Of a stretch of DNA of 64,000 bases, positions 62,606 to 64,000 are shown one piece after another (within the stretch, counting starts at the first letter, position 1; each line of letters begins with the position of its first letter). Under the pieces are notes generated by a model. That model saw nothing but the letters and a program-made list of their open reading frames with translations. It was not told where the DNA came from and ran no database searches. This stretch comes from Nannocystis bainbridge (GTDB lineage Bacteria; Myxococcota_A; Polyangia; Nannocystales; Nannocystaceae). Location: the NCBI RefSeq assembly GCF_028368995.1, contig NZ_JAQNDL010000003.1, positions 1,312,001 to 1,376,000 on the forward strand, written 5' to 3'. Made by a program: the position numbers and the translations under genes.

Positions 62606-64000
62606 ATGCAATCACGAACCTTCCTCAGTGCCACCCTCGCCACCCTGCTGCCCGCGATCGCGGCCTGTGACAGCGACGCCGCGACCGACACCGACGACGC
62701 GCTGCTCGCGGGCGAAGACACCACCGATACGGATGACGGCGCGGCGATCGAGCTCGACGCGCGCGACGTCCTCGCGGCCGACAGCGAGCCCGCGACCATC
62801 GTCGGCGGTCAGCCGGCCGCGGCCGGCGAATTCCCGTTCATGGCGACCATCGAGGTCGACACCCCCACCGGTCTCCGCATATGTGGCGGCACGCTCGTCG
62901 CGCCAGCGCGCATCCTGACGTCGGCGGCCTGCATCACCGATTACGGCGCGGTGGCGCTGCCGGGCCAGATGACCGTCGGCATCGGCGATATCGGCTTCAG
63001 CGTCACCGCCTCCGACGAGATCCGCAGCGTGTCGCAGGTCGTCGTCCACCCGAAGTACGTGCCTGCGCTCCCGCGCCACGACAATCCTTACGCCCTCGCC
63101 GTCCTGGTGTTGAGCTCGCCCTCGAGCTTCGCGCCGGTCGAGATCGCCAGCCCCTTCGGTCCGAGCGACCGCGCGAAGTGGTTGCCGGGCGCGCTCGTCA
63201 CGGCGCTCGGGTGGGGCGACCTCATCCCCGGCGGCCTCGGCTCGTTCAGCCTGCAGAAGATCCAGCTGCCGGTGTTGACCGACACCGACACCGGCGCCCA
63301 GTGGCTCGATGGCGACTACGACCCGGCGCTGCACGTCATGGCCGGCTCGCCTCCGGCTGGCGCGTGCGACGGCGACGAGGGCGGCCCGCTGCTCGTCCAG
63401 ACCGCCGCCGGCTGGAAGCAGATCGGCGTGCACCTCTACACCAGCGGCTGCGACCTGGACTATCAGCCCTACGACTTTGTCAGCCCGTCGCTGTTCAGCC
63501 GCATCGGCGCGCCGACCCTGCACCGCTGGCTCCGGACCGTCCTCCACGAGACCCCCGCGGTCGGCGACGTCGACGGCGACGGCAGGGCCGACATCGTCAC
63601 CTTCACCCACGGCGATTCGTCCTACGGGCCGCTCGACGTCTACGTCGCGCTGTCGAACGGCGCGACCTTCGGCACCGCGCAGAAGTGGCACGATTGGTGG
63701 GCCCACCGCGGCCACACGCCGATGCTCGGCGACTTCGACGGCGACGGCCGGGCCGACATCTGGGCCTTCACCGACAAGCAGGTGTGGGTCCGGCGCTCGC
63801 GCGGCTTCGACTTCAACGGCGGCGGCTACGAGACGCCGGTCGGTAGCACCACCGCCGTCAGCATCGGCGCCGTCGGCGACGTCAGCGGCGACGGTCGGGC
63901 CGACGCCGTCGTGTTCGCCAATGACGGCACCGGCGACGTCCACGTCATGCTCGCCACCACCTCGGGCTTCGGCGCGAAGACCAAATGGCACGACGCGTTC
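62606..64000 (+). CDS. Lipoprotein with inactive trypsin (S1A) domain and FG-GAP/VCBS repeats; runs off the window and is absent from the ORF track
   Basis: Manual translation: lipobox IAAC; IVGG; CGGTLV; TSAAC; GWG; CDGDEGGPL; GDVDGDGRADI and GDFDGDGRADI repeats. Confidence 0.88.
   Translation, partial: MQSRTFLSATLATLLPAIAACDSDAATDTDDALLAGEDTTDTDDGAAIELDARDVLAADSEPATIVGGQPAAAGEFPFMATIEVDTPTGLRICGGTLVAPARILTSAACITDYGAVALPGQMTVGIGDIGFSVTASDEIRSVSQVVVHPKYVPALPRHDNPYALAVLVLSSPSSFAPVEIASPFGPSDRAKWLPGALVTALGWGDLIPGGLGSFSLQKIQLPVLTDTDTGAQWLDGDYDPALHVMAGSPPAGACDGDEGGPLLVQTAAGWKQIGVHLYTSGCDLDYQPYDFVSPSLFSRIGAPTLHRWLRTVLHETPAVGDVDGDGRADIVTFTHGDSSYGPLDVYVALSNGATFGTAQKWHDWWAHRGHTPMLGDFDGDGRADIWAFTDKQVWVRRSRGFDFNGGGYETPVGSTTAVSIGAVGDVSGDGRADAVVFANDGTGDVHVMLATTSGFGAKTKWHDAF

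Overview
A very GC-rich window, most likely from a myxobacterium of the Nannocystis type. This is inferred from the Thr/Ser-linker Cys-rich lipoproteins, the STK-TPR/ECF pair and the many hybrid histidine kinases. The first ~17 kb is a signalling cluster: several hybrid and PAS kinases, an excisionase-HTH/receiver fusion, a ~35-bp-period degenerate hairpin array, an RpoD-like sigma factor, and a KaiA-less kaiC-kaiB operon linked through a hidden 45-codon ORF to a PAS hybrid kinase. The middle holds lipoproteins, a KgtP-like MFS permease, LysR, a heme/Cu monooxygenase-like protein, a candidate perforin-like lipoprotein (MACPF-like plus C2-like), an STK/ECF/trypsin-like island, scoAB split by an inserted gene, BlaI/M56, SigG-VOC and TerB/M48. 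The end holds a DabAB-like (DUF2309 plus NuoL) CO2/bicarbonate uptake operon with a third, degenerate NuoM-like subunit, a DUF389 gene, and a trypsin-fold/FG-GAP lipoprotein lacking its catalytic triad (truncated by the window). The strongest unexplained non-coding signal is a palindrome, TGTC-N6-GACA (extended form ACATGTCC-N4-GGACATGT). I counted at least 18 perfect copies by eye, nearly all intergenic, many between convergent genes and sometimes chained at an exact 14-bp period. No rRNA, tRNA, CRISPR array, integrase or transposase was recognised. All family assignments come from motif recognition by eye, not from database searches.
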